A stretch of 64,000 bases of DNA from Selaginella moellendorffii (Eukaryota > Plantae > Lycopodiophyta), in contig NW_003314280.1 of the NCBI RefSeq assembly GCF_000143415.4, positions 922,235 through 986,234 on the forward strand, given 5' to 3'. The notes under the pieces are model-generated. The model had not been told where the DNA came from, did not search any database, and saw only the letters and a list, made by a program, of their open reading frames with translations. A program made the translations under genes and the position numbers. This document shows, in pieces, positions 33,506-45,555 of the stretch (position 1 is the stretch's first letter; each line of letters begins with the position of its first letter).

Positions 33506-34267
33506 TCATGAGGATTTGGTGGAGGAACTCAAAGATCGCAGCACTTCCTCGGCAGTGATCCATCCGCCGAGGCAACCCAGCGATTTATACTTGACGGCCC
33601 CCCACCTGAGAATTCGAGAAAATCGTAGGAGGTGAGGCTTGATCGAAGAGAACAGAGGAGGGAGCTTACCAGGATTTGAAAGGCATGGCGATACAATGTA
33701 GATGGAGGTGGCTCACGCTGTTATATGGAGGCCGATGGAATCCAAACCTGTAAGCACGTAAACTCGAGAAAATGTGAGTGAGGAAGCATGAAACACTCCA
33801 AGAAGGTCATAGATATGATCACTTGTAGCTCTCGGCCCCAGGAGCGTCCTTCCGCAGCAACGATTCTCCAAGTTTGAGCATCCGCTCGACTGGCAAGAGG
33901 AAGAAAGAATTATCTCTCTCTCTCTCTCTCAAAATCTAAGGAAACGCGGAAGGTTTTATTACCGAGTAGAGCATGCTCGTCACCCCTGAGGCTGTTGATG
34001 TTCTTGATGTGCTCGACTGGAACCACAAGGTAATGCCTGCAGCGAGCAATGAAAATTTTCATTCCAAAACTTTGTCTATGCTACTTGGATCCTGATGGGC
34101 TCCGGTCCTCAAATGCTAGCAACTCGTCATCCTGCAGTGGTGATGGCCATGATTCCAGCTCAAGGAAGTAGAGCTGAATAGAGAACCTGGAAGAGAATAT
34201 TGCTGGTCCGGCCTGCGCATTTCCCCAGCGCGATCTCACAAAAAGGGCAAAGAGCTCCAGCGCCCAT
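33506..34267 (-). CDS. Histidine triad nucleotide-binding protein (HINT4/aprataxin-like HIT), multi-exon; not in the ORF track
   Basis: Manual splicing: MGAGALCPFCEI.../DDELLAFEDRSP/HYLVVPVEHIKNI/.../FGFHRPPYNSVSHLHLHCIA (HxHxH triad)/...SSSTKSS*. Confidence 0.88.
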
Positions 34268-35373
34268 CAGCCCTAAAACAAATTCGTTTTAGAAACAAGT
34301 GTTACATTTTAGAAACTAATGATTTAAAATGTCGCGAGATCATTTCTAGCTGGACCTGCAAAAATAAAAACTTTATTCTATCATCTAAAGAACTAGAGCA
34401 AAAAAGAATATACCTTTTTATGTTGTTAGCTTGCACTTGGTAATGGTGGGAACCCTTGTGATATTAAACTCGTCCCTTAATATTTGCTACATAGAGAGAT
34501 CGAGCCTCCCATCTCGCCATCTCATGCAAGTGTGTTTTCTTCATTTTAAAAACGAACTGGTTTAGGGTTTAGTGTGAAAAACCAGGCGCAAATAATATTG
34601 GGTTTTTAGGCATCTATTTGGCTGCCAAAAAATCTGACTATTTGCAGAGGAAGCCTTTTTCGATGAACGACTCGATTGTGCGCTTGCGCACTTTTATAAC
34701 CGAAGCTCCTCACTCCGCAACGCGAGTCGGGTGGCTTCTTGGTTGAGGAACTCGTCCATGGCCGAGAAATCGTAGCAAAGTTGGCCCATACATGGCTTCC
34801 TTAGTACTGCGAGGGAAATGATGGACAAGCAAAGCTGCAAGGCAAGTCACAGGCAAAAGCATATTATAAGCCATGCCTTCATTGCCAGAGAGATAAACAC
34901 TGCAGTCTTGTATTGTTCCTCATCGAGTTTCAACTCTACGTGGCAAAGATCCAGTACTCTGACTACGAGTCCCTGCAAGAATGATCATGATGTCCGCTTC
35001 GATAGGAATTTTGACAGTTTGCTGAGCAGCCACACTTCAAATTTAGTGATTGTCAAAATTTCTATCCAAGCCTCCGGTATCAGCACTGCTCTCGCCAGCT
35101 TCCAGATTTGCTGCTGCTCGGGCCAGTTTCCATATCTGCCAGAGGGTGCCCATCTGCTGGAGAGAAAAATGAGTGTTAGAACTTTTTCAAGGCACACGAC
35201 GCAGCTATTCGTGCTCGAGTTGAAGCAGTTCCATTCGATTTGGACGGGCTTGCAGATTCACTGGTAGACCGGCTTGTGATTCCCAATACTTTGATTTGAT
35301 CAATGGAAATAGTGCTAGAATTGTGTTTGGTGAGACTGTCATTCAAGGATACCACAAGATCTCTGGATTTGTA

Positions 35374-35493
35374 GCATACCTTGCTACAGTTTTCCCAGGG
35401 ATAACAGCAAGCATTACCAGTGCTTGCTGTAATCCCGATGCTGCCAATGCTTGCTGTGTTCCAGATCCCTGGGAAATTTCTAGCAAGGTATGC
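35374..35493. ncRNA. Inverted-repeat foldback; candidate miRNA/hairpin RNA precursor
   Basis: Left arm GCATACCTTGCTACAGTTTTCCCAGGGAT..ACAGCAAGCATT pairs with right arm AATGCTTGCTGT..ATCCCTGGGAAATTTCTAGCAAGGTATGC. Expression unknown. Confidence 0.45.
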
Positions 35494-35499
35494 ATGGGA

Positions 35500-35640
35500 A
35501 GAGGAGAGTTGTTGTGGAGGCCCCGACCTCGAACTTGCGGCAAGAGAAATCATCCACATCATGAGATCACGGCACAGCATCCTGTCGAAAACCGTTTGCC
35601 CGTTCACGATGCTTCCATCCATTCAAAGAAAGCATGATGT
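35500..35640 (-). pseudogene. PPR gene remnant
   Basis: GSIVNGQTVFDRMLCRDLMMW resembles a PLS repeat junction; no sustained ORF. Confidence 0.5.
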
Positions 35641-36563
35641 GGGTGGGCATGGCATCACGACTTTCAAGCTTCTGTGCCAAAGTTGTCGTCGAGAATTCCT
35701 GTAAGATTCCATTGGCATAAAAAAAAAGTCAGAATCCGGCCATGGGCAGGGTGGCATATCCATGAGCTGGACGCCTTGGTCGGGGATGCCTTGCAGCGCA
35801 GGTAGCGAGAGACAGCATTATGCCAGACGCAAGTTGCGTTGACAAATCGAATGAACGTTTCCAGCAGCTCCCTGTTACGATCTGCCCATAGAGCTCCCAG
35901 TTCTATGTTCCGCACTGCGCAGACATTGGCAGAGAAAGATAAGAGGAAATCAAGAATCTAGCTTCGTAGAACCAGATTTGGATGCATCATGTGGGGGAGC
36001 CTCCACAAAATCGTCGACCTGTTCATGGGATCGCAGCACAATATCCAATATGTAGCAAACTGCAGGCGCGCCGTCGGGGAAGCCAGCAAAATCCGCTCGG
36101 CCATTTCGATGTCACTCGGCTCGCCCAGCTCGGCCATGACGATGTCTCTCGGCTCGCCCAGCGACGATGATCCACTCACTGCCAGTGCCCTCGATCAGCC
36201 GCAGGACGACGCCTCAAAGAGCAAGGACGATCATCCGACGGCCTGGATGACCATGCAACACACGGACGGTGGCGATGTAATCTCTGAAAACATTCGTACA
36301 CTCGAAGATCGTTCGTACAAGTCCTTTCAAATAACAAGTTAAAACCTGTTATAGTTATGATAATAGTTATAATAAGAATATCCACTGGATCCAGAGGTTT
36401 GTCGATTCTTTTGGGCCCTAGGTTTTAGCTATACATATTTTCTTTTAATGAGATCATCCCTCCAGGGAGATTAAAATTACAGCGCCGTGGTATCCGCACC
36501 TCGTGGTGCTCAAAAGAATCGAAGACAAACCTTCAAGAGAGAAACAAAATCACTTTAAGAAGC

Positions 36564-38990
36564 TCACATGCCAACGAGGGTGGCCGACTCGTTGGCTGTG
36601 CTGCCCGAGTGCTTGACGCGAGGCTTTGGCGGAGGAGGAGGATTCTCCAGGCACATACAGTCCGGGGCCGGGTACGTGTAGATCGAAGCGCTCGACTTGC
36701 GCATCTCGTGGCCCTTGACGTCGTTGTGTCTTTGCATTGCTTGCAAGTGCTTTGAGAACGATTCCCAGCTGCAGTCGAGTGAAACTTAGAGAACAGAGAA
36801 AGGAAAAGAAGGGAGGAAGACAAGCTTGCCTGATGCTGGGTCTGTCCAAGAGTTGCACCAGCTTTCGCTTGTCCGGACGTATCGTTTTCGCGTAGCCCTT
36901 GTTGAGAAATCGCCTATGGCCGATCAAAAAATGTGGGAAATTGCCACCTTGTGTCGTGACAAAAGCCTCGCTGTGCAGACAAACTGTATAGTCCAGTGCG
37001 GCTAACCTCGAGGAGTGCATCTGAGGAAAACAAAAGAACAAGTCATATGGTCAGGGCCTCGTTCAATATCAAAATGTAGAGCTTGCCTTGAATGGTGCAA
37101 GCTCCTCATCTGTCAGTAACGTTTCTTTAGTTTGCAGGCTCGGAAACATCTGCTTCAGCGGAAGCATGGTTCTCTCCTCCTTGTAAATCTTCCCTGCAGC
37201 CAGAAATATGGGCGTAGAGTTCTTGAATCCCATTCCCCTGAGCATCATTCCGACCTGCAAGTGGCTTTAGACGCGCCAAAGAAGTCACGAGAGCAAAGCG
37301 ACGGTACCTCCAGTGGAGTGAGGGGACACTTCCCATCCATCCTGTTACCACCTGGACTGATTATACGGCCCTTCCTATTGAACTTGCCTTTCCAGCCCTT
37401 CTCGCGTGCAGCATCCATCTCCTGCTTTTCCTCTTCGCCTCCATCGTAAATACAACACGAAAACGCCACCATGTCCTGTAAAGAAACGAGGAAAAAGAAA
37501 AACAAAACGACACCGTCGTTTGTTGACATCTGCTCAGAGATGGCGAACGTAAAAAACACGTTACCTCTTCAAACCGCAAATGCACAGCGACATACTTCCC
37601 ACCGTTCCCAGAGCTGCGCTCTACCATACGCTGAACTAGCAGCTGGCCAATGTCGGATATCGGCTTTGCGAATCTCAGAGCCTCGTAGTTAGTGAAGCAT
37701 CTAAGCCGCTGCAGAGGTAGAGGAATGTGATCATACGCTAAACGGTTTGCAAAGGGAGCTATTCTGATGACTCTGTTGCCAGCAATACTGTTTGAATTAG
37801 ATGATAGTCAAAAGGTAGAAAAGAAAGAGCTTACCCGGTTTCAAGGAGCTTGGGGAGGACTTTGTCGAGATAAAAGCTGGGTGGAGATAGAGCCTTGATC
37901 CTAAAGTTGAAAATATTACTGAGGTTGCCTACGCTGTCCATGAGATCATCGGGGAGCCGGCTGACAACTCTCACGTCCCTCTGGAGCGCATTAATAAAAT
38001 GCTGCTCATCATATATCTCCCCGAAAGTGCTGCAATTAACAATCACACACATGAGAGCGAAGAAAGCAAAACAAAAGGCACGCACCTCCTATCCTGCCAA
38101 ACACTATTAAAATGAAACTCCGGGACAACAAGGGTCGCGTTCAAAAGTGCTGCTACAGCAACAGCGTTGCATATCTATCACCAAGGAAAAAGAGCCACGA
38201 AAAGAATCTCAATCAGCCACGGCATTCTTCGAAGAAGAAAAAAAAAACCAAAAAAATCCACAGACTTACGGAAGATCTCTGCTGGTTCAAGCCCCCGTTT
38301 GCCTCTATCATCACGAATCCATTCGATGGAGGCAAATCTGGACACACATGCACGAACAAAATCCAAGATAGTTAGCTCTTCTTCGTGTTTTTTCTCTAAT
38401 CGAGATCGAGAAAGATGGTTGTCACTCACCAGTGCTATTCGAAGAATGACGATCCAAACAAGGAACCCAGCCCTCTCCCTCCTTTGGAAACTGCCACACA
38501 GCCTTAATCTGGAAGAATTCGCGAAGAACCAAAAAAAAAAAAACACAAAGGGAGAGGAGATTTTTCTTAGTCACACCACACAAAAGCAAACAAATCTCAT
38601 CGATCATACCCCGGTGTTGTTGGAAGCCCGCATTGCCGGCCACAAATTCGCGAACACCTCGGGGCTCCGGTACCTGGAGCCGGGAGGATCCGGCTTCCTC
38701 ACCCGCGGCAAATCCAGCGTCATGGTGCTCATGTAGAGCAGCATTCCCGAGATGTAGATAATGGGCGCAATCAGCAAGAGCTTGTGCTGCCGGAGGAGAA
38801 TCGAGAGGACGAGGCAAGAGAGGCGCTGCATGAGCGTTCTTGAGGAGGAAGAAGGGGAGCGCTTGCTGCCACTGCCGCTGCCGCTGCTCCGCCCATTCGT
38901 GCTGGCGCTGGGCGAGGACGAGAGAGGAGGAGGAAAAGAATTCTGCTGCGGCTGCTCCTGCTGCTGCATGGATCGGCTAGGCGGCACCAT
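36564..38990 (-). CDS. O-fucosyltransferase family protein (DUF246/GT106), multi-exon
   Basis: TM anchor; [79 protein letters not shown]. Confidence 0.94.
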
Positions 38991-39181
38991 CAAACCCGAT
39001 CCATCACTCGATTCGCCTCGCCGCCCGCCCAGCAGCAAGCGACAGATCGATCGGGACGATATTAATGCCCAGCTCCATCCAAATTCGTATCCCAGGAACC
39101 CTAAAAAAGGGCTCGCCCACAAATAAACCCTAGTGGATGAGAGAGAGAGAAGAAGAACGTTGGCCCCTTTGAGTCCTCGAT

Positions 39182-39949
39182 CTAGGCGGCGGTGGCGGTA
39201 GCGGTGGAAGAAGAAGAAGCGGCGGAGCTCTCGTCCTTGGCGGCGCCGGATCTATCCTCGCCGCCCTCCTGCTGCTCGGGGTCGCCGTAGAAGAGATTGA
39301 GCGGGAAGAGATCCTTGGAGAGGGAGATTGGGCGCTTGAGATAGACGTAGCACTTCTTGTACGAGGCGGTGCGATAGAAGTACTTCTTCCGGGGATTGAA
39401 TTTCTTCTTGGCGTCCATGTTCATCGTGTGGACCTTCTCCACGTCCAGGCCATAGACGAGCTGGAGGACCCTCTTGATCTCTAGCTGCATTGGACGAGAG
39501 AGAGAGAGAGAGATCGATCGATGAGTCTCAAAGAAGAGATTTCTAGCGCTCACCTTGCCGGCCCTGGGATACGTCCGGAAGCACAGCTCCTTGAGATCGT
39601 TGGGGCGGGGCGGGAGCTGCAATCGCAGCGGGATGTTGGCGAGGTAGATGACCCGGCCCAGATTCTTGCACGTCGTCTTGATCGGCCCGCGGTGGCTCCA
39701 CTGCCCGAATGGCGCGCCCTCCAGCGCTCCCTGCTGCGACGCCTCCAGCGCCGGGCCTGCCCTCCTCTCCCACGCCCTGGATCTTCCAGCCGCCGCCGCC
39801 GTCGCGGCTCTAGCCCCCGGCCCAAATCTCCTCGCTCTCGACGCTGCTTGCGGCGATGCCGATGATGCTGGCGCTTCAGGATCGCGCCGCGCTCCAAACC
39901 TGGCCACCGCCGCTGCCATGCGCGTCCCGAATCTCCGAGCGATCGGCAT
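39182..39949 (-). CDS. RPL23: Mitochondrial ribosomal protein uL23m with N-terminal extension (one intron)
   Basis: LGRVIYLANIPLRL, K/LEIKRVLQLVYGLDVEKVHTMNMDAKKK, YKKCYVYL. Confidence 0.85.
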   Translation of the reverse strand: MPIARRFGTRMAAAVARFGARRDPEAPASSASPQAASRARRFGPGARAATAAAAGRSRAWERRAGPALEASQQGALEGAPFGQWSHRGPIKTTCKNLGRVIYLANIPLRLQLPPRPNDLKELCFRTYPRAGKVSARNLFFETHRSISLSLSRPMQLEIKRVLQLVYGLDVEKVHTMNMDAKKKFNPRKKYFYRTASYKKCYVYLKRPISLSKDLFPLNLFYGDPEQQEGGEDRSGAAKDESSAASSSSTATATAA

Positions 39950-40015
39950 TGCCTCAGGGGATTTTCTCTAGAACCCTAAAATGACATAACGGGCCACTAG
40001 AACCCTAAAACTTCG

Positions 40016-41661
40016 ATGAAGCAGCGGCCATGGCGGATGGCGCTGGCGAGGGCGCTCCACTGGGAGAAGGATCAGCAGCCGGTGAAGCAGGCCGAGCGCA
40101 AGCTCGTGGATCGCTACATTCTCCGAGTCAAGGGCGGGCATGGCGGCGGCGGATGCAACAGCTTTGCCAAGAGCTTGAGCTCTCGGCACGGCCGTGTCAA
40201 TGGTAAGCGCTCTCTTCTTCTTTTCTCTTGCATCGCAGAGGCTCCAAATATGATGATCTAGGTGGAAATGGCGGCATTGGAGGGAAGGTGATTCTCAAGA
40301 GCACGCCAGAAGTTTACGACTTCAAGAATCTACAGCACGCTGCGGTGATCTTCTTTTTTCTTTGTTTGTTCTTGCCTTCGATCGAGCCTTTATTCTGATC
40401 GATCTTTCATTCTTTGTTTTTCTAGACAGGCTGGTGGAAACGGGGGCTCGGGGCTTGACAGGAAGCAAACTGGGAAGAGAGGCTTGGATGAAGTAAGTCT
40501 TTGTTCTTGCCTCTCTAAGTTCTAGCGAGAATGATCGAATGAAATCTCTCTCAGGTTCTCTACGTCCCTCTGGGAACAGTCGTCCATCTTTCCGAGGGAA
40601 CTCTCCCGGACATGACCCAAGACTTCCGGCAACGAGTAGCTCGGAGAACAGTGAAGCAAACTTGGGACGGTGACAAAGACTGGGTGAGGCTGAGCCAGAT
40701 GTTCTCCAAGGACATATACTCGCACAGGCCCGATCATCCTCCACCACCCCAAGAAACCTCAGAAGAACCGGAAGAGACTAGCGACGACAGTGATCTAGAC
40801 GAAGACGAAGACGAAGAAGAAGATGACGATGACGACGGTGCCTCTTCCTCGTCGTCCGAGGACGCACCGCGCGTCCTCAAGATCCCGAGACCGATCATCC
40901 GGAGCAACGTAGCCGAGCTGCTGGAGCCCAACCAGACGCTGGTGGTAGCCGTGGGTGGCGCCGGGGGTCGAGGCAACGCGGCACTCCCCCGCTCGCTCCC
41001 GAAGAAGAGCAAGTGGCCGAACGGACTCCCGCGCCTGGAGAACGAGCCCGGCGAGCCCGGCAGCGAGGCGGTGCTCATCCTGGAGCTCAAGAGCATCGCC
41101 GACGTTGGTCTCGTGGGGGCTCCAAACGCCGGCAAGAGCACGCTCCTGGGCTCCATGTCCAAAGCGAAGCCGTGCGTGGGGAGCTACCCCTTCACCACGC
41201 TCAGGCCGATCATCGGGAGGGTGGAGTTCCCGGACTACTACTGCTTCAGCGTCGCCGACGTCCCGGGGCTCATCGAGGGCGCTCACGAGAACCGGGGACT
41301 GGGCTTCCACTTCCTCCGGCACGTCGAGCGCACGAAGGTGTTCGTCTACGTGCTGGATGCGTCGCTCGGGGTGGCGGGCAGGGAGGGGGACTACGCGTGG
41401 GATCAGCTGGAGCAGCTCAAGTATGAGATGGAGTGCTACCGGAGCGGGATGACCAAGCGGCGGTCGATCGTGGTGGCGAACAAGATGGACGAGGAGGGGG
41501 CCGAGGAGGTGGTGAGGGAGCTGAGGAGGAGGACGGACCTTCCCGTGTATCCGGTGTGCGCTGTTCTTGGCGAGGGTGTTGAGGAGCTCAAGGAAGGGAT
41601 GCGGCAGATGGTGGAGTGCGATGATGGGGATGCGCCGGACTTGCAGGAGCTCAAGATTTGA
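40016..41661 (+). CDS. Obg-family GTPase, probably mitochondrial (OBGM-like), multi-exon
   Basis: VKGGHGGGG, GGNGGIGGKV, GGAGGRGN, LELKSIADVGLVGAPNAGKST, YPFTTL, ADVPGLIEGAHENRGLG, ANKMD. Confidence 0.92.
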
Positions 41662-42343
41662 AGGTGGTTATCTTTTGAGTTAGAGTTCCAATGTTGGCAT
41701 CTCACTACTCGGATCATCTTAGTCCTACAAGATAGCTTTTGCTCAAGATGCCGCAGTACAGTACCTTTTTGTGGGTGGTGATGCTCCATCTCTTGTGAAT
41801 TGCCCAAGAAAAAACCAGCTTATTGAAGATATGTTGGAGCGCAATCTGTGATTGTGAAACAAGAGGACTAAGATGTTTGCCACCAAAGGGCATTTGCTAG
41901 AAAGAATGCGTCAGTGGAACGATTGGGTTTGGTGCTACTCCCCGTCCAAACAGCAACGATTTCTTGTGAAGATAGCTTTGAAGTATGCGGGAGTTTAAAA
42001 TCCCAGCACAGTAGCTAGTCCAAGATTGGAATAAAGCGAAGAAAGAAGGGTGGCTCCTTCGTGTTTGGGAGATCTTGCAGTGGAGCATCTATCACATTGG
42101 TGGTGGTCACCAGCAAGATAGCGCACTTTGGACGAAGAACGTAGGAATTTTTTGCTTGGTCTCTCCGTGTGGGGTTGGAGGACTGTAGCTAAAGCTTCAC
42201 GACGCAAGGCCTTTCACTCAAAGCAATCAGTGTTGTGGGCTGTGGAGGCAACTTTCTTGTTCGCCGCTAGTACACGCCTTTGAAGATGGGGAGCAGCGGT
42301 ATAAAGCTGGCAATCGCGAAGAACGCAGCAGCATCTTTGCGAC

Positions 42344-43475
42344 ATGGAGCTCACGGTTTTGGCGTTGCTCATAGTCGCGGCGGCTTACAATCTTGCAGAA
42401 GGTGCGACGAGGATTGGATTCTACGACGGCTCGTGCCCTCGAGTGGAAGCCATCGTTAAGTCCACAGTGAGATCACACATGAGCTCCAATCCTATGATTG
42501 GAGCCGGCGTTCTTCGCTTGCATTTCCACGACTGCTTTGTCCGAGTGGGTTTGAAGCTCGTTTGAAGCTTTGATTTGATCCTGAGCTTCCGTCCGCTCGT
42601 TTCTACAGGGCTGTGATGGCTCCATTCTCATCGACGGCCCGAGCGCGGAGAAAGCGGCGCTGGCCAACCTCGGCCTCCGGGGCTTCGAAGTTATAGACGA
42701 TGCGAAGCGGCAGATCGAGGCAGCGTGTCCGGGAGTTGTCTCGTGCGCCGACATTCTTGCGCTCGCTGCCAGGGACGCGGTCTCAGAGGTATCAAATCAC
42801 AAACTTTCGATCGTCAGCTATTATAACAATCGTGGCTTGATCAATGACCTTAGAGTGGAGGACAGTTCTGGCCAGTTCCTCTGGGCCGACGGGACGGAAG
42901 AGTGTCCTCTGCCTCGGATGCATCAAACATGCCCTCGCCACTCGACTCGGTCGCGGTGCTCAAGCAAAAGTTCTCGGCCAAAGGACTCACAACTCTGGAT
43001 CTCGCAACTCTCAGTGGTACGTGAAGTCACTCGAGCTTTCTCGATCAATCGACAAATCTGCCATACAGGTGCTCACACGATCGGCCAGACCGACTGCCGC
43101 TTTTTCAGCTACCGCCTCTACAACTTCTCGTCCACCGGCAAGCCGGATCCATCCATGAGCCAGAGCACTCTCGCTATGCTCCAGCAGCAGTGTCCCAGGG
43201 GTGACGCGGGGCTCAACAAGGTGGCGCTCGACACGGGCAGCCAGGGCTCGTTCGACAGCAGCTACTTCCAGAACTTGCGGAATGGTGGCGGGGTGCTGGA
43301 GTCGGACCAGCGCCTCATGGACGACACGGGGGCGCGCATCACGGTGACGGCGTTTGGGGTGGCCGGGGTGACGTTCCGGGCGGGGTTCGTGGCGTCCATG
43401 CTCCGGATGAGCGACATACAGGTGCTCACTGGGAGCGATGGAGAGATTAGAAGAGCTTGCAATGCAGTGAATTGA
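42344..43475 (+). CDS. Class III secretory peroxidase (4 exons)
   Basis: [52 protein letters not shown]. Confidence 0.96.
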
Positions 43476-43799
43476 ATGGAAAAATCTGGCAAAAGTTTGT
43501 GAAGTTCACAAAAACAAAACCTTTGGGAGGGTCTGTTCTTGGGCATGTCTAGCTTATTATATTCCTCCTTTCCTTGCAATCGGCCGAAGAGTTTTTGGGG
43601 GAGCTCAAGGCGTTTCAAGCAGCTCAATTACAGAAAGCTCAAAAGCAATGAGACATGGCTGGAGCTCATCTACCCGGACATGTACAACAGACAGTGTTTA
43701 CTGGTGATTGTCGACATTTCATTTCTCACAAATCTTCATAAGAATTTATAACATACAAGAAAATATAATGCCTTCAAACATTCTTCTTTTTAAATAAAT

Positions 43800-44036
43800 A
43801 CATTTGCTTAAAAGTAGTGTTATTTTTACTTATTAATCCAATTGATCAAATAAAGTTTATAATTATAAGCATGTTTGTAATTTATAAACACAAGATTAAT
43901 CTTATTGCATGGTTTAAGAAAGTTTATAAATTATAAATACGAAATTAATCTAAATAAATTATAACCGTTAGATGGTAGAATATTCTAAAATATTTAAACA
44001 TATTTTTGTATTCACAGGTTTGCTTAAGCAAACCAA
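43800..44036. mobile_element. Second copy of the AT-rich MITE-like element (opposite orientation)
   Basis: Ends TTTGCTTAAAAGTAGT and TTAAGCAAACCAA; reverse complement shares ATTCTACCAT.TAACGGTTA and AATAAGATTAATCTTG with 27970-28238. Confidence 0.7.
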
Positions 44037-44184
44037 AAAATAAAGCATAAAATATCGTTGACATAACCCCACCCTTTCTCTTCGTCGAGAAAGTGTCCAT
44101 TTTACTATAAATCCACACGAAAAAGAATTGATGGTAGGAATGGACCTTGAAGATTATTCCCCTTTGAGAAAAGTAACAAATATA

Positions 44185-45459
44185 TTACTGCACCCAGCTT
44201 CCTTTCTTCATACGTGCCTTTACTACTCCAAAGCCTGCTTGGGCAACCCCATCCACAAACGTATTGAACTTCACAGCACGAAGTTCACCTCTATGGTTGC
44301 AAGTCACAGGCATTCTTCCGTTGTTCTCGATCCATTTGAGTGCCACTCGAACCCTACGCTGCTCATCGTCACTGACGCAGCGTCCATAATGCAAGTGGCC
44401 ATTGTCAATGAAGTTGTAAAACGCGCCATGATTTTGAACAAAAACCGTTTTGATAGTGGCCTCACCTATTCGGTGCTCCACGTAATCCCAGCCATTAGAA
44501 ATCCCAAACTTTTCTTCAAACTGCCCTTCATGGGCTCCGTTGAGGGAATCAATATCAGCTGAGCTGAGCTTCATGAAGGGATTAAGCTCCCGAGCCTCGG
44601 GCTCCTCGAGAGCAGTCAAGTCGGGGTAAAAGTAGTCGGCACAGCATGTCCCAAACACCAAGACGCCCTCACCTTTGCGCACGTAGTAGAAGTTCCTCAC
44701 AACCTGGTCACAAAGCCTGAGGCGTGGACTAATGGTGCACAAGAAAGTGGTGACGAAATCCCTGTGCGTGAACTTGGCAATTCTGCTGATCCAGAGCCTC
44801 GCGCACCCCACCATCACGTCCTTCATCGCCATCCACATCCGGTTCGCTGGATAGCTCAGCAGATCTAGGGCTATAATCCCAACCGAAGCAAACCGCGAAG
44901 CAACACCATAGCCGTTGGCGTCAAGCATCAGCGGCAGGAGGGATAGCAGCCTCGTGAAATCCTTGTTGAGGAAGTGCTCCCGACTGCTCATCAAGAGGAC
45001 GCGCTTGGTGAACGTCTCAATGGTTGCTCCCTCTGCCATGAAGCTGTCGAATCCCTCGCCCCAGGCGAAGGCGTCTGCAATGCACAGCTGCGGGAGGAGG
45101 TGATCCACTTTGCTGCAGATGAATTGGGTCCCGTGCCTTTTGAGAATGTAGCTGCTGGAGATGGCGCTGTAACCAACGATGTATGCGGTACCCTGCCTGC
45201 GCTGGAGGAAATGGGCGCTGTTGCCCAGCCGGGTGTCGCTTGAATCCAGCTGATGCTCCACTGTCATGGGATACGTCCACTTCTGGCCCTGCACGACCAA
45301 TCCGAATGTTGCAGTGGAAAACGGAGGACCGAATATGGGATCTGTTAGCCACTTGAAGGTGTGGTAAATTAGAGCGGATGGGATCCTGAAAAACTTGGCC
45401 TCTCTGAGAAATTGCCACACTGCATAGGAGAACTGGAGCCATAACCACACTGAAGCCAT
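44185..45459 (-). CDS. Hypothetical intronless protein (~424 aa from the first ATG), no recognisable family
   Basis: Uninterrupted 443-codon frame with globular-like composition; no motif recognised. Confidence 0.6.
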   Translation of the reverse strand: MASVWLWLQFSYAVWQFLREAKFFRIPSALIYHTFKWLTDPIFGPPFSTATFGLVVQGQKWTYPMTVEHQLDSSDTRLGNSAHFLQRRQGTAYIVGYSAISSSYILKRHGTQFICSKVDHLLPQLCIADAFAWGEGFDSFMAEGATIETFTKRVLLMSSREHFLNKDFTRLLSLLPLMLDANGYGVASRFASVGIIALDLLSYPANRMWMAMKDVMVGCARLWISRIAKFTHRDFVTTFLCTISPRLRLCDQVVRNFYYVRKGEGVLVFGTCCADYFYPDLTALEEPEARELNPFMKLSSADIDSLNGAHEGQFEEKFGISNGWDYVEHRIGEATIKTVFVQNHGAFYNFIDNGHLHYGRCVSDDEQRRVRVALKWIENNGRMPVTCNHRGELRAVKFNTFVDGVAQAGFGVVKARMKKGSWVQ

Positions 45460-45516
45460 GTCTGTGATCCAAGAAACTTGTACATTAAACTTTCCTAAGA
45501 GAAGATTATAAGTCAA

Positions 45517-45555
45517 CTCTTACCCAGCTATCCGGGTTCAAATCCTGGCAATGGA
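45517..45555 (+). pseudogene. 3' half of a tRNA-Glu-like sequence
   Basis: CTCTTACCCAGCTATCCGGGTTCAAATCCTGGCAATGGA resembles the anticodon loop, T-arm (GGTTCAAATCC B-box) and acceptor strand of plant tRNA-Glu; no 5' half seen. Confidence 0.55.

Noticed and set aside
35989-36342. 117 aa ORF with a 30-bp internal duplication (SAxxMSLGSPS twice)
   Set aside because: No family features; lies in a decayed region and cannot be supported as a gene.
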